Positions 18,466-28,755 are shown, counted from the stretch's first letter. The stretch is 32,000 nt of DNA from Raphidiopsis brookii D9 (GCA_000175855.1 ACYB01000042.1:120001-152000), one strand, 5' to 3'. Notes: generated by a model not told the origin, from the letters alone. Numbers and translations: made by a program.

Positions 18466-19533
18466 ATGACTAAAACCCATTCCATTCCCCGTTTAGCAAT
18501 CACTCAGGGCGATCCAGCTGGTATCGGTTCCGAGGTGATTTTAAAAGCTCTGGCCAATCCCCAACTCCATAAAAACTGCCATTTAGTAGTGGTTGGCAAT
18601 CGTGATTTACTGACTAGGACTTATGAAAATTTAACCTCTGTCACAGAAAAGACTGACCCACTTTTACCCAATCCCCGTCAATTGGATATTATTAATGTGG
18701 ATCTACCCAGTCCCACACACATTATCCCTGGAGTGGGTAATCAAGCTAGTGGTGCAGCTAGTTTTGCTTATATGGAATGGGCGATCGCTCAAACTTTAGC
18801 AGGTGAATTTGATGGGATTGTTACTGCTCCCATTGCTAAATCCGCTTGGAAAGCTGCTGGCCACAATTATCCCGGACAAACCGAACTTCTGGCTCAAAGA
18901 GCAGGTATAGACCGTTTTGGTATGCTATTTGTCGGGCGATCGCCCTTTACTGGTTGGACTTTAAGAACATTATTAGCTACCACCCACATTCCCATAAACC
19001 AAGTATGTCAAACCCTAACACCAGAGTTATTAACGGGAAAGTTAGATTTATTAGAGGAGTGTTTAGCAACAGACTTTGGGATTAAAACAGGTAAAATAGT
19101 GGTTGCGGGTTTAAATCCCCACAGTGGAGAGATGGGACAATTAGGGACAGAAGAAATAGATTGGTTGATTCCCTGGTTACAAAGAGAAAGGGAAAAACGA
19201 CCACATTTACAACTGGAAGGACCAATACCACCGGACACAATGTGGGTAAAACCCGGTCAGGCCTGGTACGGTCATTCTTTAGTTACAAATCCTGCTGATG
19301 GCTACTTAGCTCTTTATCACGACCAGGGTTTAATTCCAGTTAAATTAATGGCCTTTGACCGAGCTGTTAATACCACTATCGGGTTACCATTTGTCAGAAC
19401 TTCACCAGATCATGGAACTGCTTTTGATATTGTTGGTAAAGGGATTGCTGATGGAACCAGTATGCAAGCAGCTATAGAATTAGCTATAGAATTAGTAAAT
19501 CAAAGACTGGGATCTTTAAGGCAAATCGAATAA
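18466..19533 (+). CDS. pdxA: 4-hydroxythreonine-4-phosphate dehydrogenase
   Basis: [38 protein letters not shown] and [19 protein letters not shown] are classic PdxA motifs. Confidence 0.92.
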   Translation: MTKTHSIPRLAITQGDPAGIGSEVILKALANPQLHKNCHLVVVGNRDLLTRTYENLTSVTEKTDPLLPNPRQLDIINVDLPSPTHIIPGVGNQASGAASFAYMEWAIAQTLAGEFDGIVTAPIAKSAWKAAGHNYPGQTELLAQRAGIDRFGMLFVGRSPFTGWTLRTLLATTHIPINQVCQTLTPELLTGKLDLLEECLATDFGIKTGKIVVAGLNPHSGEMGQLGTEEIDWLIPWLQREREKRPHLQLEGPIPPDTMWVKPGQAWYGHSLVTNPADGYLALYHDQGLIPVKLMAFDRAVNTTIGLPFVRTSPDHGTAFDIVGKGIADGTSMQAAIELAIELVNQRLGSLRQIE

Positions 19534-20244
19534 TACAGTAGTCATGTAGTTTTCTGCCCACTGCTCACCAAAAGCTTTTTCTAAGACCCGTCGAGTCTTA
19601 TCATTTTGCTGTTGTTTTGTACAATAGTTATGTTGTCCCGCAATAATTGAGGGAATTTTTTCTGCTGCGACAGGAACGGAGATAATTGCTTGACTGCAAT
19701 GGATTTTTAAAAACTCTCTCACTCTATTTAAAAACAACAATTCTTCCTCTAAAGAACTAGGACGAATAAACAGACAAAAATCTGAAAATATATTCCCCCA
19801 TTCAGGTAAATCCCGGGTTTGAGAAAAATTAACTGGGGTTAAATTGCCTAATTGATGATGATAATTTTTTGGTAGGGTTCTCTCCAAATTTACGGGAGAA
19901 AGATCTGCTATAGCTGCACTAATTTGACCTCTACCCCCCACCAAATCACAACCAAACATGGGTATATCATACTCCTTGCGAGGGAACATCACACAGTGTA
20001 AGATATCTAAGATATTGCCAACTCTCGCTAGTTCTAAGTGCATTTTGCGGAAGTGAACAGTCTGATAACAGCGATTTTCAATTACTAATTTTTCCCCTTC
20101 CAATCTACCTTCCACATACCCCAAATCCTCAGGTAACTGATATGGTGATAACTGGAGGTATTCATGCCAAACTTCTTCGATTGTATTAGCCAGTTGCTGA
20201 ATTAAAGGATGTTGTTTTTCCCGTAGAGAAGGTTGAGAGGACAT
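19516..20244 (-). CDS. pcyA: Phycocyanobilin:ferredoxin oxidoreductase
   Basis: Reads ...[34 protein letters not shown]...[24 protein letters not shown].... The track start at 20286 is TTG and overlaps maf; the ATG at 20244 ([11 protein letters not shown]) gives a ~242-aa protein. Confidence 0.9.
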   Translation of the reverse strand: MSSQPSLREKQHPLIQQLANTIEEVWHEYLQLSPYQLPEDLGYVEGRLEGEKLVIENRCYQTVHFRKMHLELARVGNILDILHCVMFPRKEYDIPMFGCDLVGGRGQISAAIADLSPVNLERTLPKNYHHQLGNLTPVNFSQTRDLPEWGNIFSDFCLFIRPSSLEEELLFLNRVREFLKIHCSQAIISVPVAAEKIPSIIAGQHNYCTKQQQNDKTRRVLEKAFGEQWAENYMTTVLFDLP

Positions 20245-20276
20245 ATTGTTGTGTATCTTGTTTTTACTAGTATATC

Positions 20277-20870
20277 CTATTGCCAAAAATCTGTTACCTC
20301 ATAACCCAGTTCCCCTAACATTTGCCTTAGTAAGGGTAAACTTAGTCCAATTACATTACTATGGCAACCCATAATTTTTTCCACAAATAAACTGCCAAAA
20401 CCTTCTAAAGCAAAAGCACCAGCACATTTTAGTGGCTCACCGGTTCTCACATAGTTGATAATAGCATGGTCAGTCATTTTGGCAAAATAAACTCTAGTTA
20501 TTTGACACTTAATAATGGTCTTTTTCTGTAGGTTATCCATTAACACGTGACCGGTATACAAATCACCCCAATTCCCCTGCATTAAGCGCCAACGAGATAT
20601 AGCTACCTCTACATTTTTTGGTTTACCGTAAATCTGATTATCCATAGCTAATATGGAATCACACCCCATGACCAAAGCAGAAGGAAAACGGGGGGAAACA
20701 GTTTCAGCTTTACATTGAGCCAGTTTGTTGACTAATTCCTCCGGGTTACTCAGTTGTACTTGTGACTCATCAAAATCACTGGGATAAATAATTGGTTCAA
20801 TCCCCACGGTTTGTAGTAAGCGATGACGAGCAGGGGAAGCAGATGCAAGCACAAATTCGGGAATGTTCAT
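20277..20870 (-). CDS. maf: Maf-like nucleoside triphosphate pyrophosphatase / septum formation inhibitor
   Basis: The [20 protein letters not shown]-terminus and ...[33 protein letters not shown] are characteristic of the Maf family. Confidence 0.88.
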   Translation of the reverse strand: MNIPEFVLASASPARHRLLQTVGIEPIIYPSDFDESQVQLSNPEELVNKLAQCKAETVSPRFPSALVMGCDSILAMDNQIYGKPKNVEVAISRWRLMQGNWGDLYTGHVLMDNLQKKTIIKCQITRVYFAKMTDHAIINYVRTGEPLKCAGAFALEGFGSLFVEKIMGCHSNVIGLSLPLLRQMLGELGYEVTDFWQ

Positions 20871-20981
20871 GATTCAGTTCATGATTTATAATCTTAGTTT
20901 ATAATTTTAATATTTCACTTTCAGGAGTTGTGTTCTTAGGTTAATCCCACTCACTCCTGACCGAGAATATTTGCCAATCCA

Positions 20982-21581
20982 CTAATACACCTTAAAAGAA
21001 CTAACAACCTCATCAATGGTTCGTTGCAATTTTCGCCAACGTCTTTCTGGTACGGAAGCGTTAAATGTAAACAGTTTGCCACGGCTAACTGCAACACTGG
21101 CTACATTGTGTCTTGATTGACCATTACCCAGTTTAACAGCATACTCTAGAAAATAGTAATTATTACCATTAATTTCCTTTTGTGCCACATTGACTAATTC
21201 TGCTGAACGTCCAGAACCTTCGGGAGCAAGAGCAGATTTACCCAGTTTATATCCTACTTCTGTTGGGGTTCCCAGTTCTGTTAAGCTCTTACCTTGGGGA
21301 ACAGGACTAATGACCACGGATACATTTTCAGAGACTTCTATTAAATCATGAAACACCACATCAGGACCGTTAGCGACTTTGACTTGTAACCAACCATTAG
21401 GATAGGAAAATTGATAACCATCCTCCGTGTCCACAAAACTCCTAAATCCAGCAGCTACAGCCATATCAGGGTAAACAGTGGTGCTGATAGCACTGAAAGC
21501 GATAGCCAAAGTAACAACCAGGATGAATTTTATTTTTCTTAATTTTTTTCCACATTTTTGTATGGTAAATAACTGGGACAA
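20982..21581 (-). CDS. psbP: PsbP-domain protein (CyanoP-like)
   Basis: FVDTEDGYQFSYPNGWLQVKV..GPDVVFHDLIEVSENVSVVISPV...LTELGTPTEVGYKL matches the PsbP/CyanoP fold family. N-terminal signal-like segment. The only in-frame start is TTG at 21581. Confidence 0.78.
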   Translation of the reverse strand: MSQLFTIQKCGKKLRKIKFILVVTLAIAFSAISTTVYPDMAVAAGFRSFVDTEDGYQFSYPNGWLQVKVANGPDVVFHDLIEVSENVSVVISPVPQGKSLTELGTPTEVGYKLGKSALAPEGSGRSAELVNVAQKEINGNNYYFLEYAVKLGNGQSRHNVASVAVSRGKLFTFNASVPERRWRKLQRTIDEVVSSFKVY

Positions 21582-21599
21582 CCAAATTGTATAACTGTA

Positions 21600-21671
21600 T
21601 GGGTCACCCGGGATTCGAACCCGGAACTAATCGGTTAAAAGCCGAGTACTCTACCGTTGAGTTAGTGACCC
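21600..21671 (-). tRNA. tRNA-Lys (anticodon UUU), no encoded CCA
   Basis: Hand-folded from GGGTCAC-TA-ACTC-AACGGTA-GAGT-A-CTCGG-CTTTTAA-CCGAT-TAGTT-CCGGG-TTCGAAT-CCCGG-GTGACCC-A. The acceptor stem (7 bp), D stem (4 bp) and T stem (5 bp) are perfect. The anticodon stem has one C/T mismatch. The loop is CU-UUU-AA. Confidence 0.9.
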
Positions 21672-21730
21672 TTTTCGTTTTTTGCAACTTTTTCAATATA
21701 TCAACCTCTCGTCACTCTGTCAAGGACTTG

Positions 21731-22603
21731 TTAGAGAAAATTTGCGGTCAATTTTATAGAAGTGGTTTTACTAGTGTGGGGAGCCAAAAGGGTAAGATTT
21801 TCCCCGGTGTTGAGGGAGTTACGTCCAGCAGTCCAGGGTTCTAGACAATAAAAGTCTTTGCCCCGCACGGTCCAGAAGACCAGCACCACATAGGTTGGAT
21901 CATATTCCAGGCTTAGTTCTAATTTACGGTCGTGATCTTTGACCTTGGCTGATTGACTGCGCAAATCCCCAAAGGCAAAATCCAGCTCCTCTTGTTCAAG
22001 GTCAAATTTACCTGCAAAGGAGTAAATTTGCTTGGTTCTTTGATCGAGATATTGTCCTGAGGGAATGTCAAACTCTAGCAGAGATTTATTTCCACACTGA
22101 AAGTAGGGATGAAATCCAGTTGAAAAAGGCATAGTCTCATTTGAGAGATTGTGATAAACCTGATCAACCGTCAAAGAGTTGGCTCTTAGGGTATAAGTAA
22201 AAGTTAGTCGAAAGTCGAAGGGGTACACAGTGCGGGTTGCATCGCTACTGTTTAATACTAAACTAAGAGTTGCTCCATTTTCTGTAGCATTACTGGTTAC
22301 TTCCCAGGGTAATTCCCGGGCGAAACCATGTTGCTTGAGTGTATATTGTTTCCCGTTATGGTTGTAAGTGTTATCGGGTAGATTACCACAAATGGGAAAC
22401 AAAATTGGTAACCCACCTCGCACGCTCAGGTCAGGATGGGTAAATCTTTCTTTGTCCAAATAGAAAATTTCATGATCCTTTAATGACCATTGGGTGACAA
22501 TACCACCTCTTTCTGGGACTACTTCCAGACGGGAATCAGCATCGCTGTCCCAGAGGGAATAGGTCTTGTACTGTTTTTGGTTTTCGGTGATTGTAAATCC
22601 CAT
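21731..22603 (-). CDS. Aldose 1-epimerase family protein (galactose mutarotase-like)
   Basis: 290 aa. LEVVPERGGIVTQWSL, GGLPILFPICGNLPDN, KQHGFARELPWEV and FSTGFHPYF are typical of the family. Confidence 0.8.
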   Translation of the reverse strand: MGFTITENQKQYKTYSLWDSDADSRLEVVPERGGIVTQWSLKDHEIFYLDKERFTHPDLSVRGGLPILFPICGNLPDNTYNHNGKQYTLKQHGFARELPWEVTSNATENGATLSLVLNSSDATRTVYPFDFRLTFTYTLRANSLTVDQVYHNLSNETMPFSTGFHPYFQCGNKSLLEFDIPSGQYLDQRTKQIYSFAGKFDLEQEELDFAFGDLRSQSAKVKDHDRKLELSLEYDPTYVVLVFWTVRGKDFYCLEPWTAGRNSLNTGENLTLLAPHTSKTTSIKLTANFL

Positions 22604-22677
22604 AATTGAGTGGTTGAAAGACTACCATAATTATAGCAACTCAACGGTACCTGGAAACTCCAGTTTATCTTATATCA

Positions 22678-23691
22678 CTACTCCTGGTTAATAATTTTGC
22701 CTCGAAACACTACGTAGTTATAAACATTATAAAACAAAACTACGGGTATAAGAAAACCGATAAATGTCAACATAAACACCAAAGAGCTGGGTGCTGCTGC
22801 TGCTTGATAAATGGTCACACTGGGAGGAATTATGTTCGGAAAAATTACAAAACCTAGCCCAATAAAGGAAAGACAAAAAACTAGGAATGTATACACCAAA
22901 GGACTATTTTCTTGACGCTGGTACAGACTTCGCATTAGTAATCCTATAAATAGGATCCCCAAAACGGGTATTAAACCAAAGATGTAAATCAGAGGAGCTG
23001 TAAACAATTGGGTTCGTGCCTCCTCAGAAATTATAGGGGTGCTAATAGTGATAAATAGTGCACCCACTAAGGTTGTCCAGGTAGCTATGGTGGCAGTCTT
23101 GTAGTAAGTTTTCTGTAAATCCCCAGTGGTTTTCAAGATTAAATAAGTAGATCCAATGAGAACATACCCTTGAATTAAAGTCAGAGCAACCACTACTGAT
23201 CGCCAGGTTAACCAGTCCCAAATCCCACCGGCAAAATGTCCAGCTTGGTCAACCTTGATACCCTCAAAAACACTTCCCAAGGCAAATCCCTGTCCCAGAG
23301 CGGCCAAAAAACTGCCTACACCAAAGGCAATATTCCAAACCAATTTGTTATCAGCATTTTCTCTAAACTCAAAGGAAACTGCTCTGAGAATTAAACCCAC
23401 AACCATTACTACTGCAGGTAGATAGAGGGCGTTTAAAATAGTCGCGTATGCCAAGGGGAAAGCTCCAAATAGAGAACCCCCCATTAAAATCAACCAAGTT
23501 TCGTTGGCATCCCAAACATTACCTAAACTGGTCATCAAAATACTACGACGTTCCTCACTAGAAGCGGTTAGGGATAGGATACCAACTCCTAAATCAAATC
23601 CATCTAATAAAATATAAAGGAACAAAAACAGACCTAAAATGAAAAACCAAACTTGAGGTAAAAAGTGTTGTAACGGTTCTAATGGTTCCAT
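22678..23691 (-). CDS. cydB: Cytochrome bd quinol oxidase subunit II
   Basis: 337-aa polytopic protein 27 nt downstream of cydA. The N-terminus LPQVWFFILGLFLFLYILLDGFDLGVGIL is the CydB signature. Confidence 0.9.
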   Translation of the reverse strand: MEPLEPLQHFLPQVWFFILGLFLFLYILLDGFDLGVGILSLTASSEERRSILMTSLGNVWDANETWLILMGGSLFGAFPLAYATILNALYLPAVVMVVGLILRAVSFEFRENADNKLVWNIAFGVGSFLAALGQGFALGSVFEGIKVDQAGHFAGGIWDWLTWRSVVVALTLIQGYVLIGSTYLILKTTGDLQKTYYKTATIATWTTLVGALFITISTPIISEEARTQLFTAPLIYIFGLIPVLGILFIGLLMRSLYQRQENSPLVYTFLVFCLSFIGLGFVIFPNIIPPSVTIYQAAAAPSSLVFMLTFIGFLIPVVLFYNVYNYVVFRGKIINQE

Positions 23692-23718
23692 AAAATACCT
23701 TCTTACTAACTTATCCTC

Positions 23719-25164
23719 TTACTGTTGTGCTTCTGCTGGACGACGATCTACTCCGTGTTGAGCCGGCTCAATATCAATAGCTGGTTTACTTATTGTACGC
23801 GGTACTGGTAATTCTAAGTTGGGTCCTTTACGAATAATACGACTGCCAAAATAAAGAGCAGCAACGAAAAATACCGCATACATACTCATTAACCCTACTA
23901 GAGAGAATAAAACTTCTCCTGGGGGAATATGGGATGCAGCATCAACCGTTCGTAGTTCCCCATACACAATCCAAGGCTGTCTACCTACACAACGAACAAT
24001 CCACCCAGTTTCAACAGCTATATAACCTAGAGGACCGGCAAAGATCCATGCTCTCATTAACCACTTTTGCTGGATGATGGTTGTGGTGGATAGTTTGCCA
24101 GTTAGCCATTGTATAACTGTAATCAGCATTAATCCTGCCAAAAATAGTCCAATCCCTACCATGATTCGGAAGGAATAGTAGATCATTCCTACCATCTGAG
24201 GTCGATTTTTGGGTTCCCATTCTTTGAGTCCCTTAACCGGTTGGTCAAGTTTAGATTTGAGTTCTAATAGGTAGCTCAACGCCCCCGGAACCTTGATTTC
24301 CCACTCATTTTTCTCAGACTTATTGTTGGGTAGAGCCAACAAACTCCAATCCGCACGTTCTCCCGCAGGAACTGTTTCCCACTGAGCTTCCATTGCTGCA
24401 AGTTTCGCCGGTTGATAGTGATAAACCTGTTCCGCACTCAGGTGTCCTATAAAGACTTGTAGCGGTGCAATTACAATCGCGATCGCCAGTATAACTTTGA
24501 AGGAACGCAGGAAGAATTCCGTGCGACGCTGATTGATAATATACCAGGCACTAATACCACCAATCACAAATAAGGAAGTTTCTAAAGTGGCAAAGAACAT
24601 GTGGAGAAAACTATTCACCATGAATGGATTGGCGATCGCTTGGAAGTAGTCTTGAACAACAAACTTACCAGCGATAAATTCACCACCTGCTGGGGTTTGT
24701 AGCCAAGAATTTGCTGATAGAATCCAGAAGGTGGAGAGATTAGCTCCAAAAGCCACTAGAATCGTGGATATCCAATGAATAACTGGTGGGACTCGATCCC
24801 AACCAAATAGCATAATGCCCAGGAAACTAGCTTCTAGCATAAATGCCATTGTGCCTTCAAAACCCAGGACAGTACCGAAAAAATCTCCCACTGACTCGGA
24901 GAAGGGTGCCCAGTTCAGACCAAATTGGAATGCCATCGGTAACCCGGATGCAACACCAATGCCAAAGTTGAGAACATATAATTTAGACCAGAAGCGGGCA
25001 TGGTGGTAGTATTCCAGGTTGCGAGTTTTTAACCACAATCCCTCTATTACCACTAAGTATATGGCCATACCAGTTGTTAGCACTGGCCAGAGCATGTGGA
25101 ATATTGCGGTTAGTGCAAACTGTATTCGTGACAATGTTACGGTGTTCGAGATGAGTTCTTCCAT
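23719..25164 (-). CDS. cydA: Cytochrome bd quinol oxidase subunit I
   Basis: LSRIQFALTAIFHMLWPVLTTGMA..., GFEGTMAFMLEASFLGIMLFGW and GWIVRCVGRQPWIVYG are CydA signatures. Confidence 0.92.
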   Translation of the reverse strand: MEELISNTVTLSRIQFALTAIFHMLWPVLTTGMAIYLVVIEGLWLKTRNLEYYHHARFWSKLYVLNFGIGVASGLPMAFQFGLNWAPFSESVGDFFGTVLGFEGTMAFMLEASFLGIMLFGWDRVPPVIHWISTILVAFGANLSTFWILSANSWLQTPAGGEFIAGKFVVQDYFQAIANPFMVNSFLHMFFATLETSLFVIGGISAWYIINQRRTEFFLRSFKVILAIAIVIAPLQVFIGHLSAEQVYHYQPAKLAAMEAQWETVPAGERADWSLLALPNNKSEKNEWEIKVPGALSYLLELKSKLDQPVKGLKEWEPKNRPQMVGMIYYSFRIMVGIGLFLAGLMLITVIQWLTGKLSTTTIIQQKWLMRAWIFAGPLGYIAVETGWIVRCVGRQPWIVYGELRTVDAASHIPPGEVLFSLVGLMSMYAVFFVAALYFGSRIIRKGPNLELPVPRTISKPAIDIEPAQHGVDRRPAEAQQ

Positions 25165-25361
25165 TACTGTAGTTAAAATGATGTTAGTTGCTGTCAGTTT
25201 GTATTGTTTAGTGTTATGGCTAAAGCTCTAATTACAATTAGAAACAACTCTTACCACTATAGTTTTAGTTTATGCAAGTGACACCATGTCAAAATTCATG
25301 GAAATTACAGATTTTCTTTGGGATCGCTAGTTTTAACCTAATTTTGTGAGTACCACCATTT

Positions 25362-26783
25362 ATGAATTTACTCTGGGAAAGATTTACACTATCCTCCTTA
25401 CCCTTAAAAGAATATGTCAATACCAGCTATCTACATAGGTTGGTGGGTATTCTAAGTCCTTGGCGCCAAACCAGCTTGCTGATGCAATGGGGAGATACGC
25501 TTTCTGCTGCTTTAATCAGCCTAATTTATGGATTTGCACCTTTTGTGTCTAGCACTTTAACTGGAATATTGCTACTAGCAGCTGCAGCATTATGGTTAAT
25601 ATTAACTATATCAGATGCAGATGAAACTAATCGGTCTAAAATTTCCTTTACCCCAATTCATCTGGTAGTTCTGCTTTATTGGTTTATTGCTGTGGTCTCA
25701 GCGGGCTTATCCCCTGTCAAAAAGGCAGCTTTTAGTGATTTAGTAAATTTAACACTCTATTTACTACTTTTTGCCCTGTGTGCTAGATCCCTGAGAATTC
25801 ACCGCGTTCGCTCCTGGTTAATTACCCTATACTTACATGTATCCCTCCTTGTAAGTGTGTATGGCATTCGACAGTGGTTTTTCGGTGCTAAGGCCTTGGC
25901 TACCTGGGTTGATCCAGAATCAACCTTATCTAAAACCACTAGGGTCTACAGTTATCTAGGTAATCCCAACTTATTGGCTGGATATCTGATCCCCGCCGTG
26001 GCTTTAAGTTTAGTGGCCATTTTTGCCTGGCATGGTTGGATTAGAAAGTCTCTAGCTGTAATTATGTTAGCCGCAAACGCTTCTTGTTTGGTTTTAACTT
26101 TTAGTCGCGGTGGCTGGATCGGTATGCTAATCGCTATTTTGGCTGCTATGGTGTTGTTAGCTTATTGGTGGAGTGTACAACTGCCTCCATTTTGGCGCAC
26201 TTGGTTATTGCCAATTATACTAGGAACTTTTATCGGCGCTCTTCTACTAGCAGTAATTTTTGTTGAGCCAGTTAGATTGCGATTGGTCAGTATTTTTGCT
26301 GACCGTCAGGATAGTAGCAATAATTTTCGCCGTAATGTCTGGGATGCAGTTTTCCAAATGATTCGCGATCGCCCAATTATTGGTATTGGTCCAGGACATA
26401 ATTCTTTTAATAAAATCTATCCCCTTTACCAACGTCCTCGCTATAGTGCTTTGAGTGCCTATTCAATTTTCTTAGAAACAGCTGTAGAAAGTGGTTTTAT
26501 CGGTTTGTCTTGTTTTATCTGGTTGATTATTGTCATTGTCAACACAGGACTGGTTCAAATGCGTTCGTTTCTCAAGGTAAGAAATCAGGATGGACTTTGG
26601 TTAATAGGAGCGATCGCGGCTATATTTGGTATGCTAGGCCATGGTACAGTAGATACTGTATGGTATCGTCCAGAAGTGAATACTCTTTGGTGGTTAATGG
26701 TGGCCATGGTAGCTAGCTACTGGAATCCCTTGACCGAAAACCGTGGAGAAATTAGGAAGGAGCATATCGCCTATGAACTCTGA
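25362..26783 (+). CDS. ictB: IctB-family / O-antigen-ligase-like (Wzy_C) polytopic membrane protein
   Basis: 473 aa. The N-terminus ...YLHRLVGILSPWRQTSLLMQWGD resembles cyanobacterial IctB. The central TFSRGGWIG loop is typical of the Wzy_C domain. Confidence 0.72.
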   Translation: MNLLWERFTLSSLPLKEYVNTSYLHRLVGILSPWRQTSLLMQWGDTLSAALISLIYGFAPFVSSTLTGILLLAAAALWLILTISDADETNRSKISFTPIHLVVLLYWFIAVVSAGLSPVKKAAFSDLVNLTLYLLLFALCARSLRIHRVRSWLITLYLHVSLLVSVYGIRQWFFGAKALATWVDPESTLSKTTRVYSYLGNPNLLAGYLIPAVALSLVAIFAWHGWIRKSLAVIMLAANASCLVLTFSRGGWIGMLIAILAAMVLLAYWWSVQLPPFWRTWLLPIILGTFIGALLLAVIFVEPVRLRLVSIFADRQDSSNNFRRNVWDAVFQMIRDRPIIGIGPGHNSFNKIYPLYQRPRYSALSAYSIFLETAVESGFIGLSCFIWLIIVIVNTGLVQMRSFLKVRNQDGLWLIGAIAAIFGMLGHGTVDTVWYRPEVNTLWWLMVAMVASYWNPLTENRGEIRKEHIAYEL

Positions 26784-27234
26784 AATTCCTCCTCAATACG
26801 AACAAGACTTTTATGGTTGGATTCAATGGCAACTGAGAGCAATTTCCCAAAGACAAGTATCTCAACTGGACTGGGAGAATTTGCAGACGGAGTTAGAGGG
26901 TTTGGGAAGACAGGAATATCGGGAACTAGTTAGTCGTCTTACGGTTTTGTTGGCACACCTGCTCAAGTGGGAATACCAACCGGAGAATCGTTGTCGCAGT
27001 TGGTTCCTAACTATTAGAGAGCAGCGTCGTGCTATCGACCGTCATTTTCAACGTAATCCTACCTTAAAATCCCGCATCCCCCATGCTTTGGAGGATGCTT
27101 TTGAAGGGGGAATTGATTTAGCTCTACGAGAAACTAACCTACCATTGAGAACTTTTCCCCAAGTTTGTCCCTACCAGTTTGAACAAGCGATTTCCCATGG
27201 ATTTATGTGCGACACTAGTCAGGATTGGCAATAA
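26773..27234 (+). CDS. DUF29 family protein
   Basis: YEQDFYGWIQWQLRAI...LDWENLQTELEGLGRQEYRELVSRLTVLLAHLLKWEYQP is the DUF29 signature. The ATG at 26773 is preceded by AGGAAGGAG and overlaps the ictB-like stop by 11 nt. The track start at 26743 is a GTG inside ictB. Confidence 0.75.
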   Translation: MNSEIPPQYEQDFYGWIQWQLRAISQRQVSQLDWENLQTELEGLGRQEYRELVSRLTVLLAHLLKWEYQPENRCRSWFLTIREQRRAIDRHFQRNPTLKSRIPHALEDAFEGGIDLALRETNLPLRTFPQVCPYQFEQAISHGFMCDTSQDWQ

Positions 27235-27260
27235 AAAAACAAGGTGGAAAACTATCCACT
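27233..27260 (-). terminator. Candidate intrinsic terminator downstream of smpB
   Basis: The minus strand reads AGTGGA-TAGTTT-TCCACC followed by TTGTTTTTTT. The stem is short (5-6 bp) but the U-tract is strong. It lies between the convergent DUF29 and smpB genes. Confidence 0.35.
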
Positions 27261-27272
27261 CAATTAGTACAA

Positions 27273-27740
27273 TTAGTAATTCTTCATCGCTCGCTGAATA
27301 TCACGTTGGTCTTGACGACGCTTTAAATCTTCCCGTTTATCATGGACTTTCTTCCCTCTGCATAAACCAATGCTGATCTTTACCCAGCCCCTTTTGAAGT
27401 ACATTTTTAATGGGATCAAGGTTAAACCTTGTTGTTCCACTTTACCTATCAGCTTACGAATTTCTAATCCGTGTAAGAGCAATTTTCGGGTGCGTCTGGG
27501 CTCATGATTAAAATATTGTCCACTGGCTGTGTAAGGAGAAATATGAGCGTTTATTAGCCATGCTTCTCCATCACGCAGCAAAGCATAACCATCCTGTAAG
27601 TTGACTTTACCCGCTCGTATTGATTTCACTTCCGTACCAGTGAGCTGAATTCCTGCTTCGTAGGTTTCTAGGATTTCATACAAGTAACGGGCTTGTCTAT
27701 TATCACTAATAATCTTGTAACCTTCGTTTTTGTCACTCAT
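27273..27740 (-). CDS. smpB: SsrA-binding protein
   Basis: NRQARYLYEILETYEAGIQLTGTEVKSIRAGKVNLQDGYA...RTRKLLLH...GLTLIPLKMYFKRGWVKISIGLCRGKK is the canonical SmpB sequence. Confidence 0.94.
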   Translation of the reverse strand: MSDKNEGYKIISDNRQARYLYEILETYEAGIQLTGTEVKSIRAGKVNLQDGYALLRDGEAWLINAHISPYTASGQYFNHEPRRTRKLLLHGLEIRKLIGKVEQQGLTLIPLKMYFKRGWVKISIGLCRGKKVHDKREDLKRRQDQRDIQRAMKNY

Positions 27741-28052
27741 TGAAAATTTTACTTCTGTACTGTAAACAAAATGTACTAGGACAAATAAGTGTAAATACTC
27801 GTCATTTTTTTAATTTTCATTTGCCTAATTTGCCTGCTAAGACTAATCTGAGTTTAAACTACCAACATAACATAATATTTCATTATTTTCAAATGGTGTT
27901 GGCGCAAAGTAACTATGTCTTTGAATATGCTATTACAGCGTCTTTCTCGAGAATGGCATTAATTTCCTAAAAGTGGTAAGTTTAGATATATATTCCCGTT
28001 CAATTATTATCTTTAAATATTCCGTAATAAAAATACTAGGGATCTGGTTTTA

Positions 28053-28742
28053 ATGGCCTTAAAAATCCTTGTGGTCGATGATGACATTGGCACTAGTCTC
28101 TCGATTAGTGATTATCTGGAACTGTGTGGTTATTCTGTACTGACAGCTGACGATGGCGAAAACGCTCTATCTATTATACAACAAGAACACCTGGATTTGA
28201 TGGTAACGGACATTATTATGCCACGAATGAACGGTTATGAGTTGGTCCGTCGAGTACGTCAAAACATTGAGTTTCGTTTGCTACCTGTTATTCTCTTGAC
28301 TGCTAGAACCAAAACTCAAGAGAGGATCCTCGGTTATCAGTCGGGATGTGATTTATACTTACCTAAGCCTTTTGAACTAGAAGAATTGGCCGCTGCTGTT
28401 CGTAACCTGTTAGAGCGATCGCAAATTATTCAATCGGAATATTGTTTATCCAGTCAGATCACTGGTGGTTTTTCCCCTGATGACAAAACCAGATCTCTAT
28501 CTATTCCTAGGACTGAGACTTTAAACCATCCCGACTCTCACATACTTATGTCCATAAGTACCAGAGAACGAGAGGTTCTGGAGTTGTTGACTCATGGGCT
28601 ATCTAATGCAGAAATTGGCAGTAAATTATATTTGAGTCCACGTACAGTAGAGAAATATGTCAGTAGTTTATTGAGAAAAACTTCTAGTAATAACAGAGCT
28701 GAACTGGTAAGATTTGCTATAAAGCATGATATAGTAGATTAG
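28053..28742 (+). CDS. Response regulator, NarL/LuxR family (REC + HTH_LuxR)
   Basis: The REC domain has an intact acidic pocket (VVDDD), phospho-Asp (LMVTDIIMP), T (LLTART) and K (LPKPF). The C-terminus TREREVLELLTHGLSNAEIGSKLYLSPRTVEKYVSSLLRK is a LuxR-type HTH. Confidence 0.9.
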   Translation: MALKILVVDDDIGTSLSISDYLELCGYSVLTADDGENALSIIQQEHLDLMVTDIIMPRMNGYELVRRVRQNIEFRLLPVILLTARTKTQERILGYQSGCDLYLPKPFELEELAAAVRNLLERSQIIQSEYCLSSQITGGFSPDDKTRSLSIPRTETLNHPDSHILMSISTREREVLELLTHGLSNAEIGSKLYLSPRTVEKYVSSLLRKTSSNNRAELVRFAIKHDIVD

Positions 28743-28755
28743 TCAAGGAATAGGA

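Noticed and set aside
21600-21671. tRNA-Lys as a possible genomic-island integration site
   Set aside because: No integrase, no direct repeat of the tRNA 3' end and no compositional shift are present. Both flanks are conserved housekeeping genes containing HIP1 sites.
21587-21844. 85-aa plus-strand ORF
   Set aside because: It runs antisense through the tRNA-Lys gene and into the aldose epimerase gene, so it is a spurious read-through of structured RNA sequence.
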